Shown in pieces: positions 20,401-31,553 of a stretch of DNA of 64,000 nt. The DNA lies in NCBI GenBank assembly GCA_963843375.1, contig CAWJKT010000015.1, positions 1 to 64,000 on the forward strand, read 5' to 3'. Position numbers and translations under genes: made by a program. The DNA comes from an uncultured Pseudomonadota bacterium (GTDB lineage: Bacteria > Oederibacteriota > Muellerivitia > Muellerivitales > Muellerivitaceae). Position 1 is the stretch's first letter, and every line of letters begins with the position of its first letter. The notes beneath the pieces were generated by a model. That model searched no databases. It was not told where the DNA came from and worked only from the letters and a program-made list of their open reading frames with translations.

Positions 20401-21585
20401 ACAAGAGCAGGAATTTTATACAGCGGAACCAACGCGGAATACTTATCCAATTTGCCGAATCTTTTAACAAACAATTACGTGGAAAGTGACAACTTGATCG
20501 GCACCGGGATTAACCCTGCTTTGCCTATTGATGCTCCGGTGCCGCCACAAGGGGTTTTTGCCGCTCCGGTTTCTGCGGCGGGGTCCTTCACGGTCGATGG
20601 GGTAACCATTAATTGGGCCAATACCCAAAGTATCGACGACATCATTGCCGAGATAAACCAATTAGTTCCTAATGTTTATGCGGTTTATAATAGCTCGACC
20701 AGCCAGTTTTTCATGTACTCCACGAACCCCATCTCTATTGTCAACCAAACTGGAAATTTTACGACTTGGGCTAACATTGCTAACGCCATGACAAGCACTA
20801 TTCAAATGAATAATTATGATTCTCCCGAGATGCCATTGATCGATGCCGCTGAACCTCCGGCATTTTTTGGCGGAATTCCTGCCGCGGCTCCGATGAATTC
20901 CACTATACCTGGATCGCAGCCGGATACGGGCCCCAACAGTATTGCTTTCAAAGTGGTGCCTAGTCCTACGGGCGTCTTTACGATTAATGGTGATACTTTT
21001 GTTTGGAATAATACGATGTCTTTGAGCCAGATCGGCGCCATGATAAATAATCCGCCCGCGACCTACACGATTGATGGCGTGACCTATAACAATCCATTCC
21101 CTAACTGGAATGGAGAATCAGAAATCGCCTTTAATTTTAATCCTGCCACTCAAACGATCACCCTTACCTCGGTTCAAAATGGTGTTAATCCTCCCCAACC
21201 TATTCAAATCAGCGACGTTTCGGGGAACTTCACTGAATTTACTGGACTGAACGAGAATAATACGACTGTTGGAAATTTGGCCTCGGGAATTTTGAATCAG
21301 GTAAGTTCCAATGCCGCTGGAGCACAGCTTTTGCAAAGTCAGGCTTCCAATACTTTGACCCAGCTAAACAACGCACAGGCCAATATCGCCGGTGTGGCTA
21401 CGACCTCCGGACAACCTGGGGTGCCGATAGCAACTATTGAACAGCAGGCGACCCAAGAAATGATCGCTTACAACGCCTTACTCGAGGTTTTACAAGTGAT
21501 GGACGAGATGTACTCCGATTTAGTAGGCATTATCAGTAGTTCGGCGCCAAGTGGTGCTTTCCAAAATCAAACGTCACCCGTTTGA
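20401..21585 (+). CDS. FlgK-like flagellar hook-associated protein, 5'-truncated
   Basis: C-terminal TLTQLNNAQANIAGV...AYNALLEVLQVMDEMYSDLVGII resembles the FlgK D0 helix; directly upstream of fliK. Confidence 0.6.
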   Translation, partial: TRAGILYSGTNAEYLSNLPNLLTNNYVESDNLIGTGINPALPIDAPVPPQGVFAAPVSAAGSFTVDGVTINWANTQSIDDIIAEINQLVPNVYAVYNSSTSQFFMYSTNPISIVNQTGNFTTWANIANAMTSTIQMNNYDSPEMPLIDAAEPPAFFGGIPAAAPMNSTIPGSQPDTGPNSIAFKVVPSPTGVFTINGDTFVWNNTMSLSQIGAMINNPPATYTIDGVTYNNPFPNWNGESEIAFNFNPATQTITLTSVQNGVNPPQPIQISDVSGNFTEFTGLNENNTTVGNLASGILNQVSSNAAGAQLLQSQASNTLTQLNNAQANIAGVATTSGQPGVPIATIEQQATQEMIAYNALLEVLQVMDEMYSDLVGIISSSAPSGAFQNQTSPV

Positions 21586-21603
21586 TAAAAGGGCGGTTTT
21601 ATT

Positions 21604-24600
21604 GTGAAGAATGTTAATGCGCTTTTAAACTCATTGTTTTCGACCCCGGCGGATCCAACTGCCCAGTCGATGAACCAAAATCCGGTTTCCTCTAAGGGCG
21701 CCAAGTCCAACGGGAACACTTTTGGAAGCGTTTTGGCCCAAGTTACCTCCCAAAGCAACTCAACCAATCAGGGTAATGTTCCTCCGGGTCAACAGCCTTC
21801 TGGCTCCGTCACATCCACTGGGCCTAATGGCACTATTGAGCCGAACGCCGTGTCTGCCCCAAATGGGGCCGGGGGACCTTCCACCACTGGCTTTACGTCT
21901 GTAGCTGAAACCTCCGTGGCTGTCAAAGAATCGGTTACAGCCGGTAACGCAAATCAGTTGGCCCAAGCGGAACAAGCTTTGGCTTCTTTGGCGAACGGGT
22001 TGGCCCAAATTATTCAAATGATCTCACGTCTGCAACAATCCGAACCACAACAAGCCCAAGCGGCATTGTCTGCCTTGAAAAGCGTGAATTTGAGTCCGGC
22101 GGAACTGCAGGCGATTTTAAACACCCTTCAACCTTTGATTCAAAATCTGCCGGCCGATCAAAATCCACTTCTTTTGAACCCCAGTCAGCAAGCCGCCTAT
22201 TTAAACCAAATGTTCCAGCAAATGATGCAAGCCCAACAGGTGTTAATGGGTGGGGGGGGTGCCAACCTTTCCGGTTCAACGACAGCTAATACGGGCGTTG
22301 TCCCAGTCGGAGGCGTTGGTACAACCAACGGGCAAAATGCGGCGCTTGAGATGTTCTTCGATACGAATTTGGCAAACATGGGCCAAGCTCAATCCACTCA
22401 GGTTTTCATTAATTTGGCAAATTTCAAAATGTCGGCAACTTTTATCCAAAATGGAACCGGCGCTTCCGCGGGGGAGAACTCGGCTCAAAACCTAATAGGA
22501 GGCCAGGGACAGACGGCCACTCCGATCAATTCCCAAAATGTGATAAACGAGCTCAATCAAGCCTTGGCGAATTTGAATTTAGGAAATCCCAACTCGCCCA
22601 TTGCCAACGCGCCCCAGGCAAACAATGCAGCTAATGCCACTGGTTTGCCAAATAATTTGAGCCAAAACTTTAAAGGTCTCGTTCAGTTATTGATGCAATC
22701 GGGTGTTACCCAGGCAGCCTTAACTTCCTTCTTAAACAACCTGCAAAAAGGTGGGGTGAATCCGAATTCCGCCAATGCTTCTCAAAATGCGGGTCAAATC
22801 GTTTCGGCGAATAACCTTACACAAGTTTTGCCCGTTTCTTCAGAAATCCAGCCGGTTATTCCCCCGGTTTTAACGGGCGCTCAAACTAACAACGCAAATG
22901 CTGGGCAAGGGAACCTTCCGGGTGAAAATAATCTGGATATAAATGAATTAGTTTCCCAAGCCGTAATTTCGTCGGTTCGATCAACGGCCAATGCGAATAC
23001 TCAAGGGTTGAATTCGGGCAATCCAAGTCAGGCAAATAATGAATTATTTGCCCAACCCGAGTTGCCGCCGGTTCAACCAACGGCCAATGCGAATACTCAA
23101 GGTTTGAACTTGGGCGACGCAAATCAAACAAATAATGTATTGTCTTTCCGATCAGTGGTGCCTCCGGTTCAACCTGCGCCCAATGAGAACACTCAAGGTT
23201 TGAACTTGGGTAACCCAAATCAGGCAAATAATGAATTATTTACCCAACCCGAGTTGCCGCCCGTTCAACCAACGGCCAATGGGAATTTGAGTACAAACAC
23301 CACTCAAAATCCTCAATTGTTAAATAATGTCCAATTGCCAGCGGTTCAAAGCGCGGGTGCTGGAACTAGCTATGGTTTAAATACCAAAGAGATCGATGTA
23401 TTGAACGCGGTTGTGGCCAGTCTCAACAATTCCGCTCTGCATCCCACACAAGGAAGCTTGAGCATGGGATCAAACGTTGTTCTTCCGTCTCCCGCTTTGA
23501 CTATGGGCCAAATTTTAGGGGCATCGGAGGCCAATCAAATTTCGTCCGGTTCCATTGTGATGTCAAACGGTAATCCTTCGGTTCCCTTGGTTCCGCCGGT
23601 TCCTTTACAAGCGCCTTTGCCCGTCCCTAACTCCAACAGCGTCACCCTTTCGCAGTTGGCTCAAAGCCAACAATCGCAATCTCAAACTTTTTTGCCATCC
23701 ACCGCCACTGGCAGCCCGACTATCGCGGGTCTTACCCCCGTTTTACCGGAATCGGTGACTCCTCCAGTCCAACCCCTAGTTCCTGGGGCGCAGAACCCCG
23801 TTTTAAATAATTTGGCTTCCAATAACGGTGTTGTCTCTTTGCCGGTGGAAAACGGAACTTCAACTGCTCCGACAGCCGTAAGCCCTACATTGCCCGTGAC
23901 CGGCGGCAATGCTTTCAATACGCCCGCTTCTAATAATCCAGGGATGAACATTTCCTTGCCTCAACCGACAACTCTCCCCAATTCGGGAACAACCCCGTTG
24001 CCGGTCAATCTTAACCTCTCAACTCCCCATGTCATCGCTCCGACAACTCTTAACCAAACGGGGAATCCAGCTCCAACTTCCCAAGCCCCGTCGGTACCCG
24101 CTTTGGCTTCGGCCGGAGAAGCTATTAAAACGGAGATTCCTAATCAAGGGGCAGCCAACAATAATAATAATCTTCAAACGGCCGTGATCAATTCACAGCC
24201 CGATTCAACTATAAAATCCCTTTCAGCCGAGGCGGTTTCACCCGTTGTTTCTGTTACCCCTATTGACTCGAGCTTGAATGTTTCGGATGTCGCCGGGAAG
24301 TAACACGCCTAATAATTCGACTGTTTTGGCGGGGAATGCCTTATTGGGATCGAGTGGTTTGTTGTCTGATCAAACCCGTGGTTCCAGCGCCTTTTCTCTT
24401 AGTTTAGGTACGCCCTCAAATGTCGGGACAACGGGGAGCATTGATAGTGCTCAAATCTTGAATCAAATTTCGCAACAAATCGCTGCTCAAACCGCCGATG
24501 CTAAAACCATTTCTCGGTTGAATTTCCAGCTCATTCCCGAGAGCTTGGGCAAAGTAACCGTTCAAATTGCTTTAATCGACCAGTCGGTTTCGGCCCGGAT

Positions 24601-24886
24601 CATTGTCACCAACCCTGACATCAAAGAAGTTCTTCAAAGCCATATGGTGGACCTAAAAGCGGCCTTAGGTCAGGCGGGCCTCCAAATAGACCAATTACAG
24701 GTACAGGTCCAAGGGGGGGGAGGCAATCTATTGGCCCAGTATTACCAATATCAGCAAGAGGGTTCCGGCTATCGGCTTCCAGTCTCTTTGAGCCCGGTTA
24801 ATGGAACCGGGTCACAAGATGCTGAAAATATAGGGGATTTAGGGCCTTTTTCGACCCGGAAGTCCTTGGTGAATGTCCTGGCTTAG
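21604..24886 (+). CDS. fliK: Flagellar hook-length control protein FliK (~1,090 aa, one frameshift near 24,295)
   Basis: Long N/Q/P/S-rich region, then the FliK C-domain FQLIPESLGKVTVQI...LKAALGQAGLQIDQLQV; precedes flgD. Confidence 0.85.
22984..23280 (+). repeat. Three in-frame 96-bp (32-aa) tandem repeats inside fliK
   Basis: Units start at 22984, 23080, 23176, with a partial one at 23272; consensus ANANTQGLNLGNPNQANNELFAQPELPPVQPT. Confidence 0.9.
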
Positions 24887-24910
24887 GGTATTGTTTTTAG
24901 AGGTTCGAGT

Positions 24911-24937
24911 TAAAGTTTTTGTCTTAAAAGCCGTTAG
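24911..24937 (+). promoter_or_regulatory. Sigma-28 (FliA/SigD)-type promoter upstream of flgD
   Basis: TAAAGTTT-N11-GCCGTTAG versus consensus TAAAGTTT-N11-GCCGATAA; 26 nt before the flgD ATG. Confidence 0.7.
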
Positions 24938-24963
24938 AAATAACTGAAAGGATGGTGATTTAA

Positions 24964-25409
24964 ATGGTTTCAGGAGTTGGAGGAAGTCCGAGTTCGAATA
25001 ACAGCAACGCTTTATCAAATGCGTTGTCTGCCAGTTCGGGTAATAACCAGTTCGTGTCCCAGAATACGTTTTTAACACTTCTGATCACGCAACTGAAAAA
25101 CCAAGATCCGATGAATCCACAGGATAGCAGCCAGTTTGTCGCCCAGTTGGCTCAGTTTTCGTCACTGGAGCAAATGACGCGCTGAACCAAAGCTTTAACA
25201 GCGTTTTGGACAATTCGGCGGCGGGTATGATCGGACAAACGGTGACGGTGGCGGATCCGAACTCCCAAACCGGTTTCATGACGGGTCAAGTGACAGGCGT
25301 TGTTTATTTTGCCAATGGTCCGGCGGTTCAGGTTGACGGGGTGAATTATCCCTTGTCAGCGATTCAAAATGTGGGGAACGTTACACCGAACGCACCAACG
25401 GGTGGCTGA
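24964..25409 (+). CDS. flgD: Flagellar hook capping protein FlgD, frameshifted
   Basis: FLTLLITQLKNQDPMNPQDSSQFVAQLAQFSSLEQM, then AAGMIGQTVTV. Confidence 0.9.
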
Positions 25410-25463
25410 GGTGTAGTTAGTTCGGCCTGGGTATCAGGCTTTTGAAAGGCGGGTGAGGACAAA

Positions 25464-25873
25464 GTGGTTCAGCAAGTTAACTTTAACGACTCTCATAATT
25501 CGGTAGAAAACGTCCAGAATCAGGCCCAGTTGCAGATGATGCAGCAACAGGCCAGCCGGGCGGCGGAAACCGCTCAACCTTTCGACGCGTTTTTGAAATC
25601 GACGGTTGATCAGGGTCAGGAGTTAAAGTTTTCGGCCCATGCCAAGGAGCGGTTAAGTTTGAGAAACATCAATCTTTCAGCTCGATGACTTGAGTCGAAT
25701 GAATGACGCGGTCAATAAGGCGGCGGCGAAAGGCGCTCGGCAGTCCCTGTTGGTGATGGAAAACCAGGCTTTTATCGTCAGTGTGCCGAATCGAGACGGT
25801 CATTACTGCGCTGGACAACAATAGCATGAAAGAAAATGTCTTCACCAATATCGATAGCGCGGTGATTGTTTAG
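25464..25873 (+). CDS. Flagellar operon protein, TIGR02530 family, frameshifted
   Basis: LKFSAHAKERLSLRNI, AAAKGARQSL, TVITAL, KENVFTNIDSAVIV; usual position between flgD and flgE. Confidence 0.85.
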
Positions 25874-25902
25874 TTTGTATGGTTTTTTAGCAGCAAGCAG
25901 TA

Positions 25903-25958
25903 TCGGGCTGGTCCTCTTAGAGGGAGCCCGAAAATCAGGCGGGTTGATTACCCGACCT
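25903..25958 (+). ncRNA. Candidate two-hairpin cis-regulatory leader of flgE
   Basis: TCGGGCT/AGCCCGA stem enclosing CCTC/GAGG, then AGG-CGGGT/ACCCG-A-CCT stem, just before the AAGGAGG RBS. Confidence 0.4.
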
Positions 25959-25979
25959 AAAACTCTAAGGAGGAAGACA

Positions 25980-27996
25980 ATGGGTCTTCGAGACATGTAC
26001 AGCGCGATTTCCGGTCTCCAAGCCAGTAGCACTTGGCTTGACGTGATCGGAAATAATATTTCAAACGTCAATACGGTGGCATATAAGGCGAGCCGGGTTG
26101 AGTTTTCGGATCAGTTCAGCCAAACACTTTTTGGCGGAGAAGGGGACAATCCTCAGCGTCGGTACGGGCGGCGTGGATCCGGAACAAGTTGGTTTGGGAA
26201 CCCGGGTGGCTTCCATTCAAACGCTTTTCACGGAAGGGACGCTCCAGAACACTGGGATATCCACGGATATCGCCATCGTTGGAAATGGATTTTTGGTTTC
26301 CAAGAGTGGTGACCAATCCTTGCTGACAAGGGCCGGTAACTTGACCTTCGACAGCAACGGAAACTTAGTGGACCAAAATGGTGGATTGATTCAGGGTTTA
26401 CGGCCGCCACCACATACACCAATCTACCATTGATACGCGCGAGCGGATTCGGGGACTAATGCCCTGAATATCACCAGCGCCAAGCTGGCTTTGCCAATAA
26501 TGCGGATCCTTCCGCAGCGACGGATATTAATATCCCTGCCACCTTGACGGAGCCGCCGCTGGCTACGACCATGGTGAATTTTTCCGGCAACTTGGACGCT
26601 TTTCAACAGGCCAATGCGGCGGGCGGCGTCTTGAATATTGGTGCAGGAAACGGCAGCTTCATCCTGTTGTTGCCACCCATTGGATTGCCGGGTGGTCGCC
26701 TCGGTGGAGCTGAAGCGAATCCGGCCTTTCCATCATTGCCTCCCCAACGGGCCTGGTCCTGGACAAGTTATTCAACAGCTTGCGGAATCCGGACCAAGGT
26801 GTAATTGGTCCGGGCCTGATGCGGCTGGCGAACAAGAAATTGACGGGAAACCAAAGATTCCGCCAATTGGACACAACCCATTGTCAGTGCTGCCGTGACT
26901 TTGGCACGGTTCCAAGCTGCTTTTGCCGCCGGGGACGCCGAACTTCGCCTGGGACCAGCAACCGCCCGTTCCTCCGGCAAAGCGATCGTGGAAACGGTTT
27001 ATAATTCCAATGGCAATGCGACCCAAATTACGGTCAATTTTACCAGGTGAACGATTTGGGAGCGACGCCCGGCATCAACAACCCGAAGGGTCCTGCCCAG
27101 GCCGCTTACGCTTGGTACGCCTTCGATACTACGAATGGGCGCTGCTGTTTCCGACAAACACATTGGTCGGAGGAACGGGAATTTTTGAAGGAGACACTTC
27201 GGGCCCTGGAGCTGCGAAGCTGTGAGGGTTATGACCGGGGAGTCACTGGGGATGATTTTGGGGTGATTTGTTACTCTTCAATACCGACGGTTCATTGCTT
27301 AGCACCGGCGGAGTTGAAGGTGAAATGGAGCGGGTGCCCTTGCTTCCAATCCATGCCTGACATTTACATTGATCCTGAAAATATCGCTGGTCCTCCTGTT
27401 GCCCCGCCTCCGGCGCCTGGAGCGAACGATGTCGGCGCCCGCTTCGCCCCTTCCAACCCAAGGCGCCGAAATTACGCAGATTCAGATGAATTTCGGAACT
27501 GCGGGGGTGTTAGGACAAAGGACAGCGAAACGGACTTTATAGCGACGCTGACGGTAGCTACCAGATGTCAACGGAGTGAACACCTATGTTCCCAAACAAA
27601 CCGCCTACGCTCAAGCCAGAATGGATACGCTGAAGGGTCAGTTGCAAAGCCTCAGCTTTGACGGCACAGGGACCATCAACGGAACCTTCTCTAATGGGCA
27701 GATTACGGCCCTCGGACAGGTGATTTTGGCTGAGCCGAACAATCCGGATGGCTTGGCGAACGTTGGGAATAATTACTACCAAACTTCGCCAAACTCAGGC
27801 CCATGTTTGTGGGGACTGCTGGCCAGTTGGACTTGGGAACCATCCAGGGCGATACCTTGGAACTTTCCAACGTCGATCTGACCGTGGAATTATCCAACAT
27901 GATCATCGCGCAGCGCGGTTTTGACGATAACTCGAGGGTGATTCCGTTGAAAATGCCAACCTGCAGATCTTGAGCCAATTAGGCCAGGGTGGTTGA
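25980..27996 (+). CDS. flgE: Flagellar hook protein FlgE (~670 codons), many frameshifts
   Basis: MYSAISGLQASSTWLDVIGNNISNVNTVAYKASRVEF, TDIAIVGNGF, TRAGNLTFD, LELSNVDLTVELSNMIIAQRGF. Confidence 0.9.
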
Positions 27997-28054
27997 GGTT
28001 AATCGTCTAGATGAAGTAAGCCGATCTCCTGGTTTTAGGAAACCGGCAAGATTG

Positions 28055-28087
28055 AAAAAACGGCGCCTCTTTTGGGGCGCCGTTTTT
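28055..28087. terminator. Intrinsic terminator after flgE (bidirectional shape)
   Basis: AAAAAACGGCGCCTC-TTTT-GGGGCGCCGTTTTT. Confidence 0.85.
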
Positions 28088-28152
28088 ATTTTAGGGCTTT
28101 TTAAATTTGGTTTAGTATGAGTTGAATTGAGTTAAAATATCAAAATCGAAAA

Positions 28153-29258
28153 GTGGTTAAAAGGTGTTTTGTGGGAAAACCAAGGTCAAAATTGAAACCT
28201 CGTTATTTTCCGATTTTTATTATTACCCTTCTCGGTTTGACGATAGGCTGTGTTAAATCGCCGACTTCTCCCGTTTCGGGCCAATGGGATGAAGTCACCG
28301 CTCACGCCCCTTTTTCCGGGCGGTACGGACTTTCAGGAACGGTTTTTAATGGCCTCATGTGGGTTGTCGGTGGGGCTGCGGGCAACGCTAATAATTCGGT
28401 CACTTATTATGACTCTGATGTTTGGTCTTCCAGCAATGGTTCTTCCTGGACGCAGGCAACCGGCTAACGCGCCTTTTGGAGGTCGTTACGGCAGTCAAGG
28501 AGCTTTCTTATAATGGAAAATGTGGCTGATAGGCGGAATAACGGCGGGAACATTGAAGAATGATGTTTGGAGCTCAAGCGATGGAGCTAATTGGACGCAA
28601 GTATTGGCTTCAACTGCGGTGGGAACGGTGAACCAATTTAGCCCGCGGGAGGATTTCGGGGCTTTGGTTTTTAACAATGCGATGTGGGTTATTGGGGGCT
28701 ACGGACGCAATCCCGTAAGTTTGAACGATGTCTGGACTTCGACCAATGGCGTCGCCTGGACGCAAGTGCTTGCGAATGATACGAAAACTTCGGCCACGCA
28801 ATTTTCAGGACGGTGGGGTCATTCCGCTTTAGTCTTTAACAATGAAATGTGGGTCGTCTCGGGCGCGTGGGGCCACCATTTTTGCTCTGGACCCGCCCGT
28901 GGGGGCGACGGAGGCTTATGGTGATGCTTGGTCCTCCCCCAATGGCACCGTTTGGACCCAAGTTGCGAATTTAAATCCTTATGGTCCGTCTTATTTTCAT
29001 CAAGTGGTCGCAAATGGCAGTTTAATGTGGCTCACGGGTGGCTTTCTTTGGCCTGATGGGGGTCCGCAAGCAACTGTTTGGACCACGGGTAACGGCTCAA
29101 GTTGGTCAAATGTTTATTCTCCCTTTCCTCAGCGATTTTATCATTTAGGCCTTGCCTACAATAACGAAGTTTGGGTTATCGCCGGTTGCGATAACTATTG
29201 CGGTTCAGCGGTTTCTTGCGCGGTGACTTATTTGAACGATGTTTGGTATAACCAATAA
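28153..29258 (+). CDS. Kelch/Asp-box-like beta-propeller lipoprotein, frameshifted
   Basis: Lipobox LTIG-C; repeated VFNxxMWVxGG...NDVWSSxDGxxWTQV units. Confidence 0.75.
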
Positions 29259-29314
29259 CTAGAGATTTCTAGAAAAACGTCCCGCTTGTTGGGTTTTTAA
29301 AAGGTGGCAATGAG

Positions 29315-29515
29315 ATGATTCCGATCACTCGATTAGATGGTCAAGCGGTTTATGTAAATGCGGATCTTATTCTTTTTTTGGAAAGCTCGCCTGAAACCAT
29401 CCTGACCCTCAATAACGGAAAAAAGATTACCGTTAAGGAAACGATTCCCCAGGTCATCGACCGGGTTGTCGAGTTTAAATCCCGTTGTTATCCGGTGGTA
29501 TCCCCGGCTCATTGA
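29315..29515 (+). CDS. flbD: Flagellar protein FlbD family
   Basis: MIPITRLDGQAVYVNADLILFLESSPETILTLNNGKKITVKE. Confidence 0.9.
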   Translation: MIPITRLDGQAVYVNADLILFLESSPETILTLNNGKKITVKETIPQVIDRVVEFKSRCYPVVSPAH

Positions 29516-29746
29516 AGCGGTTGGATTAATTTGATTTTGGAAATATATAATTAACTTCCTTGAGATGTTTTGAATACCAAATTAATCTAGAAATTCATTT
29601 ACCCATCAAATTAAAAAAATGAATTTTGATAAGAAAATCTTTTCAAGCGTATTCTGATCATTTGGTGCCTAAACCCCTATATCCTTCAATAAAAGCGGGG
29701 AGTTCCCATTTGACGAAGATCATCAAAGCGAATTTTGACACTTCTT

Positions 29747-31202
29747 ATGATTAATTGGCATCCTCGTGTTTTGCGCGAAATCGCCTTGGAAAAAATGAAT
29801 GCGATGTTGGTCGCCTCGCCAGAGGCGATCGAAATCCGCTTTAATCGCGCTTGCCTTTTGGCGGAGTTGGGCCGCCTTGAAGAAGCGAAGGCAGCATTTC
29901 TTGAAGTGCTGGAACGAGATCCAACGCATTTTGGGGCACTGAATGATTTTGGAAATATGCTTTATGGTATGGGATTTAAAACAGCGGCACGCACTTTATA
30001 CATGGAGGCGGTGAAACTTCACCCTAAAAACCCCGTGGGATACGTCAATCTTGCCAACGCGCTTGCCGATAATAATGATCCCCAACAGGCCATGCGGCAT
30101 TTTGAAACCGCGCTGCTTCTTGATCCCGAAAATGTCGAAGCAAATCGTGGAATGTCTTATCTCTTGACGGATTCCCGAGATGAGCAGAGGGCAGCGTTGT
30201 ACAGGCAGAAAGCGTTTCAGAAGAGGCCTATCCAGGTTTTGCCTTTTTGCGGTGAGGATTTACCCGTTATGGTACTGCTGCTCGCCTCGGCGTCTGGCGG
30301 CATGATCCCGATGTTACATCATCTGGATAAAAAAATATTTTTGGTCACGGTAATCTTTGCTGAGTTTTTTGATCACTCCGGTCCACTTCCCCCTCACCAA
30401 CTTGTTGTTAATGCCATCGGAGATGCCGATCTTTGCCGTCCTGCTTTGGAAGCCGCGGTTAAAATACTTGCAAAGTCCTCGGCACCGGTAATTAATCCAC
30501 CCGCCAAAGTATTGCTGACCGGAAGAGTTCAGAACGCCAAGAGGTTTGCCGATATTCAAGGAGTTATTACGCCGAAAATTTCGTTACTGCCGCGGGAGAT
30601 CTTTGAGAATAAAGATGCGCTTTCCCTGCTGGCCGGACATGGGTTTTCATTTCCCCTGTTGCTGCGTTCACCGGGATTTCATGCTGGTCGCAATTTTATA
30701 CGGGTTGAGAATGAGCAGGCGCTTGGGGCCTGCCTTCCGTCTGTGCCGGGACCCGAGCTTCTAGCCATTCAATATCTGGATACGCGCAGCCGCGACGGCA
30801 AGATACGCAAACACCGTGTAATGATGATAGACGGGGTATTGTATCCCCTGCACACTGCGATTTCGCATGAATGGAAAGTTCATTATTTTACCGCGGAGAT
30901 GTCTGATAATCCTGAGCATCAAGCGGAGGATGCGGCTTTTCTGGATAACATGCCGAAAATTCTTGGGGCGCTGCGCAATGGATTCTTTGAAGAAAATCCA
31001 AGAGACCTTGGGACTGGATTATGGCGGCGTTGATTTCAGCCTAAATTCCGATGGGGAAATAATATTATTCGAGGCGAACGCCACGATGGTGGTGAATCCG
31101 CCTGAAAGTGATGAGCGATGGAATTATCGCAGACCAGCGATTCAGCTTATTTTGAATGCCATACGTAAAATGTTGACAGCTAAAGTTTCCCGGGCAAAAT
31201 AA
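29747..31202 (+). CDS. TPR + ATP-grasp (RimK/GshB-like) protein, copy 1, frameshift near 30,970
   Basis: N-terminal TPR helices; FPLLLRSPGFHAG, LAIQYLD, LGLDYGGVDF, LFEANATM. Confidence 0.8.
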
Positions 31203-31553
31203 TTCTTCACTTATCTATCATAGAAGCTTTATTTATTAAAGGCGACGATTTTTCGATTTGGGATTGGCCTCCCTGGCAAGTCAGTTTTTGAGTGCATCTA
31301 TTAGGCTCGTTTATCACCTAAATAATGAGGAAGGAAAGGGCCGAATTAAATTGAAAAATAAGCTTCTTTAGGAATCGAAACAGTTGCACGATCCTTCTTT
31401 CAGGGGGATAATATTAACAACTTTAAGTTACCTTATTTAAGTGCCTGAAATCGGTTTTGGAATATAAAATTAATTTAAGCTCCGATCAGTTGAACGATGT
31501 TTTATAGGATTTTCTTCAGACCAGTATTGGTGTGGATTGAATAGGGAGCCGGA

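Noticed and set aside
22984..23280. 96-bp repeats as a CRISPR array
   Set aside because: In-frame coding repeats with no unique spacers; no cas genes in the window.
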